Below are positions 11,418 to 21,933 of a DNA stretch of 32,401 nucleotides, piece by piece (position 1 is the stretch's first letter; each line of letters starts with the position of its first letter). This DNA comes from Octopus bimaculoides. Lineage: Eukaryota. The notes beneath the pieces were generated by a model. It saw only the letters and a list, made by a program, of their open reading frames with translations, was not told the origin of the DNA and did not search any database. Where the stretch lies: assembly GCF_001194135.2 (NCBI RefSeq), contig NC_068993.1, forward strand, positions 58,683,914-58,716,314, written 5' to 3'. A program made the position numbers and the translations under genes.

Positions 11418-11660
11418 GCGCACGCGCTCCCTCACACTCAAAATACCCCACACACGCACATGCACACAGACATATAGCCATATTTAGAATGTAGAGAGAA
11501 AAGAAGTGAAAGAGATACATACATACACACACACATTCATACATATATACATACATACGCACATACATACATACGCACATACATACATGCATACATGCAT
11601 ACATACATACACACATACATACATACATACATACATACATACATACATACATACATACAT
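11050..11660. repeat. Compound (TA)/(TG)/(CA)/(TACA) microsatellite field around a gap
   Basis: Directly visible. Confidence 0.95.
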
Positions 11661-12207
11661 TACAATATCTCCGTCTGTGTTTTGTGTCCGTCTGAAGCTA
11701 AAATGTAAACATGGTTTTATGTAATTGTAGCACTTATTTCAAAAACAGCCAGCAAGGAAAGGCAGACAAATAATACTTGTAGACATTCACTAATCTATGT
11801 AATTTGATGGATATTTGATTAATTTTCTATTATATTGAGATTTTATGTGTAATTCAGCTTCAAACTGTCAGGAGAGGACCAATAAACACTGGAATATTAA
11901 GTTGTTTATTAGTTGAATACTACCCACTCTCGTCGGCAAATAAATTTAACAAACTTTTAGCCGCAGTCCTAAGAAACTGACGAAAGTCTGCGTAGGCAGG
12001 AATTAATTGAAATGAAAATTCGTAAAATGTCGATGAAAATCAATTGTTTGCAGAATTGAGGAATCTATTGCTTAGAGAGTTCTTGCTTTCAAAGACAGCT
12101 TGGCCAAAGAAAATTCCCTCCATTTTCTGCTTTTCGCTGAGTGAGCAATGGAGAAAGAAATTCTTTTCACTTCTCAGTTCAACCAAACACTTCGATATTC
12201 ATTCAAA

Positions 12208-12520
12208 CTTGGGCAAGTGTCTTCTACTATAGCCTCGGGCCGACCAAATCCATGTGAGCAGATTTGGTAGACGGAAACTGGAAGAAGCCTCTCGTATATA
12301 TGTATGTGTGTGCGTCTGTGTGTGTGTGTGTGTGTGTGTGCATTTGTGTCTGTGTGACAACCGATGTCGGTGTGTTTACATCTCCGTAAACTTAGCTATT
12401 CGGCAAAAGAGACTGATAGAATAAGTACTAGGCTTACAAAGAATGGGTCCTGGGGGTCAATTTGTTCGGCGAAAGGCGGTGCTCCAGCATGGCCGCAGTT
12501 AAAATCACTGAAACAAAAAA
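12208..12520 (+). mobile_element. SINE family B, 5'-truncated (no tRNA head)
   Basis: CTTGGGCAAGTGTCTTCTACTATAGCCTCGGGCCGACC...GGAAACTGGAAGAAGCC, internal (TA)/(TG) run 12295-12355, complete 3' module. Confidence 0.9.
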
Positions 12521-12634
12521 GTACAGAACTGTTTCTACTTCGCGGATTTTCACTTATCGCGGAACGTAACACCTGCGATAGTCGAGGGATCACTGTATTG
12601 TAATCTGTGTCCCTATCTCTTACTGTTTCATTTA

Positions 12635-12815
12635 TTGTTCTTTTACTTGTTTAGGTCATTGAACTGCGGTATTACAGGAGCATCGCTTTGATCGATTTCA
12701 TCAATCAAATCAATTGCTGCGTTCATTTTAAGATCGTTAATTATTCTGTCGAGATTCTTTTTGCCAAACCAGAAAGTTGCTCGTGTAGAAACAAAACAAC
12801 ACCAGCGAGAAAGAA
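12635..12815 (-). mobile_element. SINE family B, diverged 3' module, minus strand
   Basis: TCTTTTACTTGTTTAGGTCATTGAACTGCGG...GGAGCATCGCTTT...CTTTTTGCCAAACC is the reverse complement of the B 3' module. Confidence 0.7.
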
Positions 12816-12866
12816 AAACACAAATGTGCACACATGCGCACACACGTACCAATACATATACGCACA

Positions 12867-12982
12867 TTGGCACTCCGTCGCTTACGACGTCGAGGGTTCC
12901 AGTTGATCCGATCAACGGAACAGCCTGCTCGTGAAATTAACGTGCAAGTGGCTGAGCACTCCACAGACACGTTTACCCCTAA
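12867..12982 (-). mobile_element. Isolated tail-1 segment (~115 bp)
   Basis: Near-identical to the 3' ends of the copies at 5581, 14510 and 16896; homology stops near 12982. Confidence 0.9.
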
Positions 12983-13260
12983 TGTGTTGGACGCTTGATA
13001 TTGAAACCCTTATCTCATCAACTCGCTTGCCGCACTGAGTTTCTCAAAACCCTTTCGCGCTTTGTAGGGGTCATCGATGACCACGGCCTTCCATAGTATT
13101 TCTTGTGAACATCCTCATTAGTTTTATCTGCTCCAGCCTTTTTTCTAACTCGAGTGGATTTGTTTGAAACTCCCCCACAAAACAGTCTTAGCACTTCGAC
13201 GGCGTTTCCAAACTTCCATTAACATTTCAGCCTAAATTTCCTTTGTTCAAAAAGCTCAGC
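12983..13260 (-). mobile_element. Possible decayed RTE-like LINE ORF2 C-terminus contiguous with tail 1
   Basis: One minus frame gives EVWKRRRSAKTVLWGSFKQ...ILWKAVVIDDP with several stops, loosely matching the RTE C-terminal KRxRGRPxxRW...W(R/K)xxV pattern. Weak, by eye only. Confidence 0.35.
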
Positions 13261-13808
13261 CTGGCTCCCTTAATTATTTCTAACGGGTTAACTCTAAAAG
13301 GAAATGAATATTAAGTGAATTATCAGCTGTTAAAGTATGCATGTATTTTTGGGACACTCTGTGAATGTGCGGGCGTGTGTGTGCGCGATGCGTATGTGTA
13401 TATGTATATATCTATATACACACAAAGATAAATTCATTGTAGATAACTAATCATTAGTTACTGAACATAGCATTCTCTATGCGCTAAAAACGGTCAACAG
13501 CTTGCGACTAATTAATAAAGTCTGCGTAATGTTAAACCGCGCCCTGTTTCCTAAAGGGGAACAGAAATGTCAAGAAATAAATGTGGAAAAGTAAATACAA
13601 GGTGGGGAAGGGGTATTTATTGTGTGTGACACATTACAGCATGCGGTATCATGTAAAATAGTTTTTCTGGAGTAAATATAGAATTGTAGTTAATTTCGTT
13701 ACGAAGGAAAGCAGAAGGGGAAGTAATCTGTATTGTCTGTAAGTACGAAGCTTCATTGTATAAGAAGGAAAAAAAATCCGTCGAAATAGTACAACCGGCA
13801 AATGTTTA

Positions 13809-14146
13809 CCGTAAATCCTCGAGTATAATCCGCACTTTTTTCCCAAAATTTAAAGGTCAAAATTTCTAGTGCGTACTATATACGAGGTTAAAAATGAAAA
13901 ATATTTTCTAAGCAAAATTTTCTAAGTGATAAATATGTAAAGGCAATTTACTTAATATTTATTTTTCACTGACGTTATTGCTGTTATTTCTTTATTTTCT
14001 GCAAACAAAGTGCACAAAAAAGCTACACGTTTGCATTATGTTATATATACAATAATAATAAAGGACGTTACCATATATATATTCACAAACCAAAGACGTC
14101 ATATAGACCTCCTTGACTCAATTTAGAGAAGGGGTGCGTATTAAAG
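13809..14146 (+). mobile_element. Pogo/Tigger-like DNA transposon left end
   Basis: TA|CCGTAAATCCTCGAGTATAATCCGCACTTTTTT resembles pogo-family termini; subterminal TGCGTA(C/T)TA motif recurs near 13870 and 14134. No clear right TIR. Confidence 0.55.
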
Positions 14147-14320
14147 CTTCGCAGTATTTCATCTGTCTTTACATTCTGAGTTCAAATTCCGCTGAGGTCG
14201 ACTTTGCCTTTCATCCTTTCGGGGTCGATAAATTAAGTACCAGTTGCGTACTGGGGTCAATGTAATCGACTAGTCCCTTCTCCAAAAATTTCGGGCCTTG
14301 TGCCTAGAGTAGAAAAGAAT
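14147..14320 (+). mobile_element. SINE family A, 5'-truncated
   Basis: TTCTGAGTTCAAATTCCGCTGAGGTCGACTTTGCC...AAGTACCAGTTGCGTACTGGGGTC...GGGCCTTGTGCCTAGAGTAGAAAAGAATT. Confidence 0.9.
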
Positions 14321-14509
14321 TCATCTGCTTGAACCTACAAACTGTAAGTTCGAACTCTGCGGACGTATAGTTTAAATACACTGCATTCCGATTTCATCCT
14401 CCAAGTTTCTCTTTCTGCTATCTTCACAATCCACATTCTGTCTGCATATCCTCTCTACGTAGTCCTTTATATTTTTACGAGCACTTCAAGCGAAATTTCG
14501 AGTCGTACT

Positions 14510-14897
14510 GTTGTTGTTAGCACTCAGTCGCTTACGACGTCGAGGGTTCCAGTTGATCCGACCAACGGAACAGCCTGCTCGTGAAATTAACATGCAAGTG
14601 GCTGAGCACTCCACAGACACGTGTACCCTTTACGTAGTTCTCGGGGATATTCAGCGTGACACAGTGTGACAAGGCTGGCCCTTTAAATTACAGGCACAAC
14701 AGAAACAGGAAGTAAAAGTGAGAGAAAATTGTGGTGAAAGAGTACAGCAGGGTTCGCCACCATCCCCTGCCGGAGCCTCGTGGAGCTTCTAGGTGTTTTC
14801 GCTCAATAAACACTCACAACGCCCGGTATGGGAATCAAAACCGTGATCCTATGACCGCGAGTCCGCTGCCCTAACCACTGGGCCATTGCGCCTCCAC
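14510..14897 (-). mobile_element. tRNA-derived SINE, head C + tail 1, full-length, (AAC)n tail, perfect 12-bp TSD
   Basis: A-box TGGCCCAGTGG on minus strand; TSD TCGAGTCGTACT at 14498-14509 and 14898-14909. Confidence 0.95.
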
Positions 14898-14999
14898 TCG
14901 AGTCGTACTAACCAAGACCCCCAACCTCGATTAAATTTATAGTAACTTTTCCACGAAATTACCTTCAGACGTTTGGAAATGAAATATTTTTCTTTTTCG

Positions 15000-15100
15000 G
15001 TACAGCTCCCTTCTTCGTTTCTCTCCCAAACAATTTCACACCGAGCCTCCACTATGCTGATAACCTTATACTACCAAGAACACCACCTGATGGGTGAGAC
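15000..15100 (+). mobile_element. Possible decayed reverse-transcriptase remnant
   Basis: One frame reads PSLHYADNLIL, resembling the RT (L)LYADDL(V)L motif. Short and weak. Confidence 0.3.
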
Positions 15101-15338
15101 AGTGCTCGAAATAGGACGTTCTGTAGCGAAAGACTTATTATGAAGTAAGATCACGCATATTTCATTTATATTGCGTATCAAAGGTTAACTCCGTCGGTTT
15201 ATTCTTTCCCACTATAGTCATAATATTATAGCCCCAAATATTTAATAACTTATATGAATATTTGTCGAACACTTTGGTGAAAAATATCTCGCTTAGACTA
15301 ATTATGATATACCCTGTGGAGTACGTACGAGTCTTGTT

Positions 15339-15339
<1 letters not shown>

Positions 15340-15390
<51 letters not shown>

Positions 15391-16310
15391 GCTTTGTGTG
15401 TGAGTGCACGTGTGTGTGTGTGTATGAAAAGTGAGAGAGATGAGAAAGAAGAGGAGATAGAGATGTTGCTGTATCTCTCGTACAAAGTGGTTATTAACTG
15501 GAGAAATATGAAGACCAACCTTGTAGTAAATCCATTTAGTGATTTTACATACACTTCGATACACGTACACACACGTACACACACACACATACACTCAGAC
15601 GCTCACACACACACACGCACACATACACATACTCACTCATACGCACGTACACACACACACACACACATAAGACTACACAAATCATACACTGACCCTCCAA
15701 CACAAACACACACACACACACACACGCACACACGCAGATACACGCGCACACAATTACATTCGCTAAATACACATACACTTAATTATGCGTGTATAAATAC
15801 AATTACACAAATAGAGATACACAGTCACAAACACACACACACACACACACACACAGACGTTCACGCACACATGAGAATACACAGATCATACACACATGCA
15901 TACATATATATATATATGCACACACAATTACACACGCACACACACATGCACATTACTACAAATACAGGCATACACATATATACAAATACACAATTATAAA
16001 AATATACACGCATTCATATTATATGTGCGACTGTATATATGTGCGTATGTGCTTGTATATGAGCGATTATGTATTCGTACGAGAGGATACGTGTATGTGT
16101 TTGTATCTACTTGTATGTGTATATGCGTATATGTGTATGTGTGTATGTGTATGTATGTCGGTAAATGCGTGTACGTTGCTGTGTCTGTAAATGTACACTG
16201 ATATAGAAGTGTATATCCGTACGCATTTATGTATATGTATATATGTATGTACGTATGTATGTATGTATGTATGTATGTATGTATTTATATGTGTATATGT
16301 ATGCCTGTAG
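15340..16310. repeat. Large compound (CT)/(CA)/(TG)/(TATG) microsatellite field
   Basis: Directly visible; source of the 245-aa HTHT ORF. Confidence 0.93.
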
Positions 16311-16432
16311 TGTAATATATGCGCTGTACTCTCTATGCAAACAGCAGAGTCTGTTTAGACCTAACTTTCAAGAAATCGATGGAAATAGCAATTCTAAACA
16401 TTACTGGATGAATTCTATCAGGATTCCTGTCT

Positions 16433-16443
16433 AAGATGGCGGC
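16433..16443 (+). promoter_or_regulatory. Exact match to the extended YY1 consensus AAGATGGCGGC
   Basis: Sequence match only, in a short GC-rich patch (16430-16482). No functional evidence. Confidence 0.25.
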
Positions 16444-16484
16444 GAAGCAACAGCGAGGGGCAGGACGGCGAAATAGATGGGGGC

Positions 16485-16697
16485 TTGCTGTTGTTGTTGT
16501 TGTTCTTGCTGTTGTCGATGTTGTTGTTGTTGTTGTTGTTGTTGTTCTTGCTGTTGTCGATGTTGTTGTTGTTGTTGTTCTTCTTCTTCTTCTTCTTCTT
16601 TTTCTTCTTCTTCTTCTTCTTCTTCCCTTCCTTCTTCTACTTCTTCTTCTTATTCTTCTTCTTCTTCTTCTTCTTCTTCTTCTTCCCTTCCTTCTTC

Positions 16698-16729
<32 letters not shown>

Positions 16730-16746
16730 CTTCTTCTTCTTCTTCT
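16485..16746. repeat. Compound (GTT)n then (CTT)n trinucleotide tract with block duplications
   Basis: Directly visible; a 42-bp block and a 60-bp block each occur twice. Confidence 0.98.
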
Positions 16747-16815
16747 TTAGCCCCTTTCTAGCCTTGACCCCGAACACCCACGATAAAAGACATTCCAACA
16801 ATAACCACCCAGTCT
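16746..16815 (-). mobile_element. Family E retroposon 3' end abutting the (CTT)n tract
   Basis: TTTAGC...AAGACATTCCAACAATAACCAC aligns loosely with 17588-17660. Confidence 0.4.
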
Positions 16816-16895
16816 CGCTGTTTCTCCGATTCCCCTCCCACTAGGTCAGCACAAATCTTACAGGACCTGGGATTCACATATGGATACAAACATAG

Positions 16896-17203
16896 GGCAC
16901 TCCGTCGCTTACGACGACGAGGGTTCTAGTCGATCCGATCAACGGAACAGCTTGCTCGTGAAATTAACATGCAAGTGGCTGAGCACTCCACAGACACGTA
17001 GTTCTCAGGGAAATTCAACGTGAGACAGAATGTGACAAAGCTGGCCCTTTGAAATGCAGGTACTACTCATTTTTGCCACCTGAGTAGACTAGAGCAAAAT
17101 AAACTAAGGTGTCTTGCTCAAGGATACAACACGTCACCGGGAATTGAACTTCCGACCTTCCGATCGTAAGCCGAATACCCTAACCACCTAAGCTACGCGC
17201 CTT
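16896..17203 (-). mobile_element. tRNA-derived SINE, head D (CORE-like) + tail 1
   Basis: Minus strand: GGCGCGTAGCTTAGGTGG A-box, GTTCAATTCCC B-box, CCTTGAGCAAGACAC...CAGGTGGCAAAAATGAGTAG (as in 9263-9538), then tail 1 as in 5581 and 14510. Confidence 0.88.
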
Positions 17204-17293
17204 GGGGCATAACTAGCCGGTATACAGCACTTACTCGGTATTACCTGTATCTTTGGGTTTGGTTAAATCCAATACCCTCCTTAACCTTATATA

Positions 17294-17328
<35 letters not shown>

Positions 17329-17538
17329 NNNNNNNNNNNNNNNNNNNNNNNNNNNNNNNNNNNNNNNNNNNNNNNNNNNNNNNNNNNNNNNNNNNNNNNN
17401 NNNNNNNNNNATATATATACATACATACATATACATACATATACATATATATACATATATAATATACACACACGTATATATATATATGTGTGTGTGTGTT
17501 TGTGTGCATGTGTCTGCGAGAAGGAAGCAAAATGTCTT

Positions 17539-17540
<2 letters not shown>

Positions 17541-17588
<48 letters not shown>

Positions 17589-17810
17589 TTAGCTTTAGGT
17601 GAGCCCTAACCTAACACATCAACTATCGAAGACGTTCCACCAGTGACCACTTTGTCATTTCCTTTTTTCTTCTTTTCCTTTTTTTTTTTCTTTATTATTT
17701 ATCAGACATGGAATATTCAATGTCTCTTTTCTAGTAAAAACAAAATATACAAAGAAATAATGTGATTTGAGAGACATTTAGCTGCGATGTCTAGCAAAGC
17801 AACTTGCTAC
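17541..17810 (-). mobile_element. Family E retroposon fragment with (AGT)n/(CTA)n tail
   Basis: Shares its end with 16746. Carries a TTTRGCTGC...TCTAGC motif also seen inverted near 21672, 29026 and 31307. Confidence 0.45.
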
Positions 17811-18347
17811 ATAAAAATAAAAATAAAAATAAAAAAACAACCTCTTCTCTTCCAGGCTCGTTACATGGTAGTTTTTTAATAGTATGTGAATTTTCTTCAT
17901 GCTGCTGGTTATGGGGGATGGAATACATTAATATTTTAAAGAAAACCTCGTGATTGTGTAAATCTGTCCATATAACAAACTATGTTGCGTTCATTTCTGC
18001 GTTGTGAAGGAATTGAAATCAATAGAATTCAAGAACTAGATGGATCTTGTTCGCTCTGGCCTGCATGGATCAAAAATAGATGCAACTTTTCCTATGTAAT
18101 CAATATCGTAGTAGTTGCGATTAAAATTATGGTCGTATTTTATTATATGTATGGAAACCGCAAGGGGAAACAACGATTGGTTGATTGGTATGGATTCTTG
18201 CAATGCTGGCACATCGGAATAATGTTTCGTGATGATGTCTATCTGCAAAACTTGGCTAGGATTTCCATTTGGATCTACTGTCAGCGGATACGTCTGTTTG
18301 GCTTGTCAGGTTGTATAATAGTTTCGTAAATATCCAAGGATATATAC

Positions 18348-18397
<50 letters not shown>

Positions 18398-18398
18398 C

Positions 18399-18442
<44 letters not shown>

Positions 18443-18584
18443 GAAATATGTGTAAGCAAATAATCAGGTATTATTTGCTTACACATACTGCATATATATA
18501 AACGGATAGATAGACAGAGAGACAGATAGGTAGAGAGACAAGAAGACGGAAGGACGAATTAGCGGATAGACAGAGAGGACAGAC

Positions 18585-18657
<73 letters not shown>
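18348..18657. repeat. Two (GATA)n tetranucleotide tracts (18348-18442, ~18583-18657)
   Basis: Directly visible. Confidence 0.97.
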
Positions 18658-18759
18658 TACGTGCCGATCATAAAGCTGAATGTGTGAAAGCCGAATTTAA
18701 ATGACCTAAAAATCAGAATGCCGTGATCTTAAAATACCGAATGCTCAGAACATAATTTT

Positions 18760-19025
18760 AAAATATTTTAACGGAAAATAATGTGGCAGATGGTCTTAGA
18801 AGTCGTTCATTTACAATATTAAAACCATGTAGGAGCACGTACATATCGTTGCTTCCTTTATTTTTAACATCAATTTGATGTCGTCTGCATAGTGTCGTCT
18901 GCATAGTGTCGTCTGCATAGTGTCGTCTGCATAGTGTCGTCTGCATAGTGTCGTCTGCATATCTGCTGAGTATGTTTGACTGTACGGTTTTGCCTAAGTA
19001 ATCTGTCTTTGAAATCCTGGTTACG
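18760..19025 (-). mobile_element. Decayed CR1/L2/Jockey-type RT fragment
   Basis: After collapsing the 14-bp tandem repeat, the minus strand reads TDYLGKTVQSNILSRYADDIKLMLKIK, matching the ...NILLYADDIKL catalytic region of CR1-group RTs. Confidence 0.55.
18879..18961. repeat. Perfect 14-bp tandem repeat TGTCGTCTGCATAG, about 6 copies
   Basis: Five exact units plus a 13-bp partial unit. Confidence 0.98.
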
Positions 19026-21113
19026 CACAGATATGTATACATACACATACACTCGCACACACGTATATGAACACAAACATTCTCATACATACATACATTC
19101 ATACAAACACACGTAAATATCCACTTATATGTATGTGCGTGAATACATGCGTATGTGTGGATGTCTGCAGTGAAGTATGAGATTGTTAATAATGAAAGGA
19201 GAGAACACAATATGAGATACAGAGTATAGTATTTATTTACCTATTTTTTTCTCTCGCGGCACGAGTTTCACAGTCCCTTGGTCACCAGGAGAACAATTTT
19301 TTCCAGTATTCCAAGGTATTTTGATATATTTTAGAACGAGTTCATTCTTTTGTTTATTCTACCGTGGTCATAAGCCAGTCCATAAACGTCGTTCTGTTGA
19401 GGCATTGTCTAAGTTGTCGTCGTTTTAACTGTCAATTCATCAGTTGTCAATCCATAGTAACAGGGGTTCTCATATATTTTGAATTCATGTCCATTTTATA
19501 AATATCCTGTAAACCCGTTCGCATTTTTATTTGACAATTCAGTGGTTGTTCTGGATTTTCTGGTTCATTCCATAATCATATCCAGTTTCACAAAAAAATT
19601 GTAAAAGCGGATTGTAGTTTGGTGAGAACTTGAAAGATTTGTGGCGCTCCACTTGATATGTTACGGACGATGGGACAAATGTTAATGTTATACACAATCA
19701 AATGCTACACATCTTTTGTTGATTGTTGTGTACGAAAGAAATAAATTCTTGATTTTTGTTCCCGCAGTTTCCTGATTGCTCGCGTCCTTGATAATTCGCA
19801 AAATGGTTATGGTTAGGTATAATCAGTGGATGGACTTTTCGTTAATATACTTAACTCTTTGGATTAATGTCTTGCTGGGACCTTTTCATCTCTCGTCTTG
19901 CCAGTGCCTCGATAAAATAGAGGGTCAGTTAAATACTAGGTGTCAAGTAATCGAATGTAACCCATCCTTCAAAAAGGAGCTTCAGTCTGGAACTTTTAAA
20001 CTACTTCACAGTTTTTGTCTCTGCATTGCTAAACATACTACCCTGTTGTTTTGTACATCAGGTAACAGAGGGCTCAGAGTTGGGGGGGAGAGAAATCGGA
20101 ACCTATGACATGGCTTTCGTGTTTTTATTTTTTGTTGTTTTTTTGTTTTTTTTGTTGTTATTTTTTTTTTTTTCATTTTTCCATGGTGTATTGAGGAGAT
20201 TTTGCGATTTGCGAAGTGAAGTGAATTCAGTCGGGGATAGGAAACCAAGTCACAGTCTTTGATTTCGTAAACTGCTTAACTTGTTGCTCTTCAACAATCG
20301 CCAACTATTTTTATAAAATTACCATCTCAAGCTAACAATTATGGCAATCGATTTAGATAAGNNNNNNNNNNNNNNNNNNNNNNNNNNNNNNNNNNNNNNN
20401 NNNNNNNNNNNNNNNNNNNNNNNNNNNNNNNNNNNNNNNNNNNNNNNNNNNNNNNNNNNNNNNNNNNNNNNNNNNNNNNNNNNNNNNNNNNNNNNNNNNN
20501 NNNNNNNNNNNNNNNNNNNNNNNNNNNNNNNNNNNNNNNNNNNNNNNNNNNNNNNNNNNNNNNNNNNNNNNNNNNNNNNNNNNNNNNNNNNNNNNNNNNN
20601 NNNNNNNNNNNNNNNNNNNNNNNNNNNNNNNNNNNNNNNNNNNNNNNNNNNNNNNNNNNNNNNNNNNNNNNNNNNNNNNNNNNNNNNNNNNNNNNNNNNN
20701 NNNNNNNNNNNNNNNNNNNNNNNNNNNNNNNNNNNNNNNNNNNNNNNNNNNNNNNNNNNNNNNNNNNNNNNNNNNNNNNNNNNNNNNNNNNNNNNNNNNN
20801 NNNNNNNNNNNNNNNNNNNNNNNNNNNNNNNNNNNNNNNNNNNNNNNNNNNNNNNNNNNNNNNNNNNNNNNNNNNNNNNNNNNNNNNNNNNNNNNNNNNN
20901 NNNNNNNNNNNNNNNNNNNNNNNNNNNNNNNNNNNNNNNNNNNNNNNNNNNNNNNNNNNNNNNNNNNNNNNNNNNNNNNNNNNNNNNNNNNNNNNNNNNN
21001 NNNNNNNNNNNNNNNNNNNNNNNNNNNNNNNNNNNNNNNNNNNNNNNNNNNNNNNNNNNNNNNNNNNNNNNNNNNNNNNNNNNNNNNNNNNNNNNNNNNN
21101 NNNNNNNNNNNNN

Positions 21114-21196
<83 letters not shown>

Positions 21197-21690
21197 TATA
21201 CGCACTCGCGATACTGATATAAATGCATTTGTCTATACAGATAGACAGATACATTGCCATCAAGACTCAATCCATTGTCACTTCACATTTATCAAACCGT
21301 GTTCGCTTTATGGAATGTTTGAGGTTCGCTTCTTGCTTGAAGCAGTGTTTGTCACATATTTCCTTTTAAATTATTATCTCCTTCGCCTTATTTCTATTCT
21401 TTTTCCTCGGGATATGCAAAAGGGTGATAGATTTGGCAAACATTCTTCGCTGTCAAATATAATGCTCGTTTCTGTTTTTTTATTTTCTTAAATTTAATGA
21501 TATATTTTTTTTTATGATTCAGTCAACGGTAAGAGATTGCTTCCAATGGCTTCGCAGGGCTAGAGAATTAGGGAGGTGATATTCATCTCGAACTCCCTGC
21601 AAGTCGACGCCTGCCGCAAATATATATATATGTATAAAATTATAATTTAGGTTATCTAAGAGATACCACCATGCTGGAAATAGCAGTCAA

Positions 21691-21761
21691 AACTTGACTC
21701 TAAAACCACAATAAATGTTCATATAGCACCAGGTGCTATATTGTGGTTTTAGAGTCAAGTT
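21691..21761. repeat. Near-perfect palindrome, 30-bp arms, 10-nt insertion in the left arm
   Basis: AACTTGACTCTAAAACCACAATA[AATGTTCATA]TAGCACC-A-GGTGCTATATTGTGGTTTTAGAGTCAAGTT. Confidence 0.95.
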
Positions 21762-21849
21762 AAATTAAGTACCAGTTGCATACTGAGGTCGATCTAATCG
21801 AATGCCCCCACCACCAGTGGATTTCGGGCCTTGTGCCTAGAGTGGAAAA

Positions 21850-21933
<84 letters not shown>
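21762..21933 (+). mobile_element. SINE family A 3' half with long (ATT)n tail
   Basis: AAATTAAGTACCAGTTGCATACTGAGGTCGAT...GGGCCTTGTGCCTAGAGTGGAAAAT then (ATT)n at 21851-21933. Confidence 0.85.

Noticed and set aside
15006-15093. Candidate 88-nt exon (TTTTTCTTTTTCGGTACAG acceptor, GG/GTGAGA donor)
   Set aside because: Splice signals look good, but there is no neighbouring exon and the interval translates to an RT-like YADNLIL remnant; chance signals in a decayed retroelement are more likely.
15086-15125. Second hammerhead-like string CTGATGG...GAG-ACAGTG-CTC-GAAA
   Set aside because: The core has G instead of the invariant A9, there are extra bases before stem II, and there is no stem III/NUH site.
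19890-19920. Minus-strand LFYRGTGKT resembling a Walker A motif
   Set aside because: It lacks the first glycine of GxxGxGKT and sits in a short frame bounded by stops.
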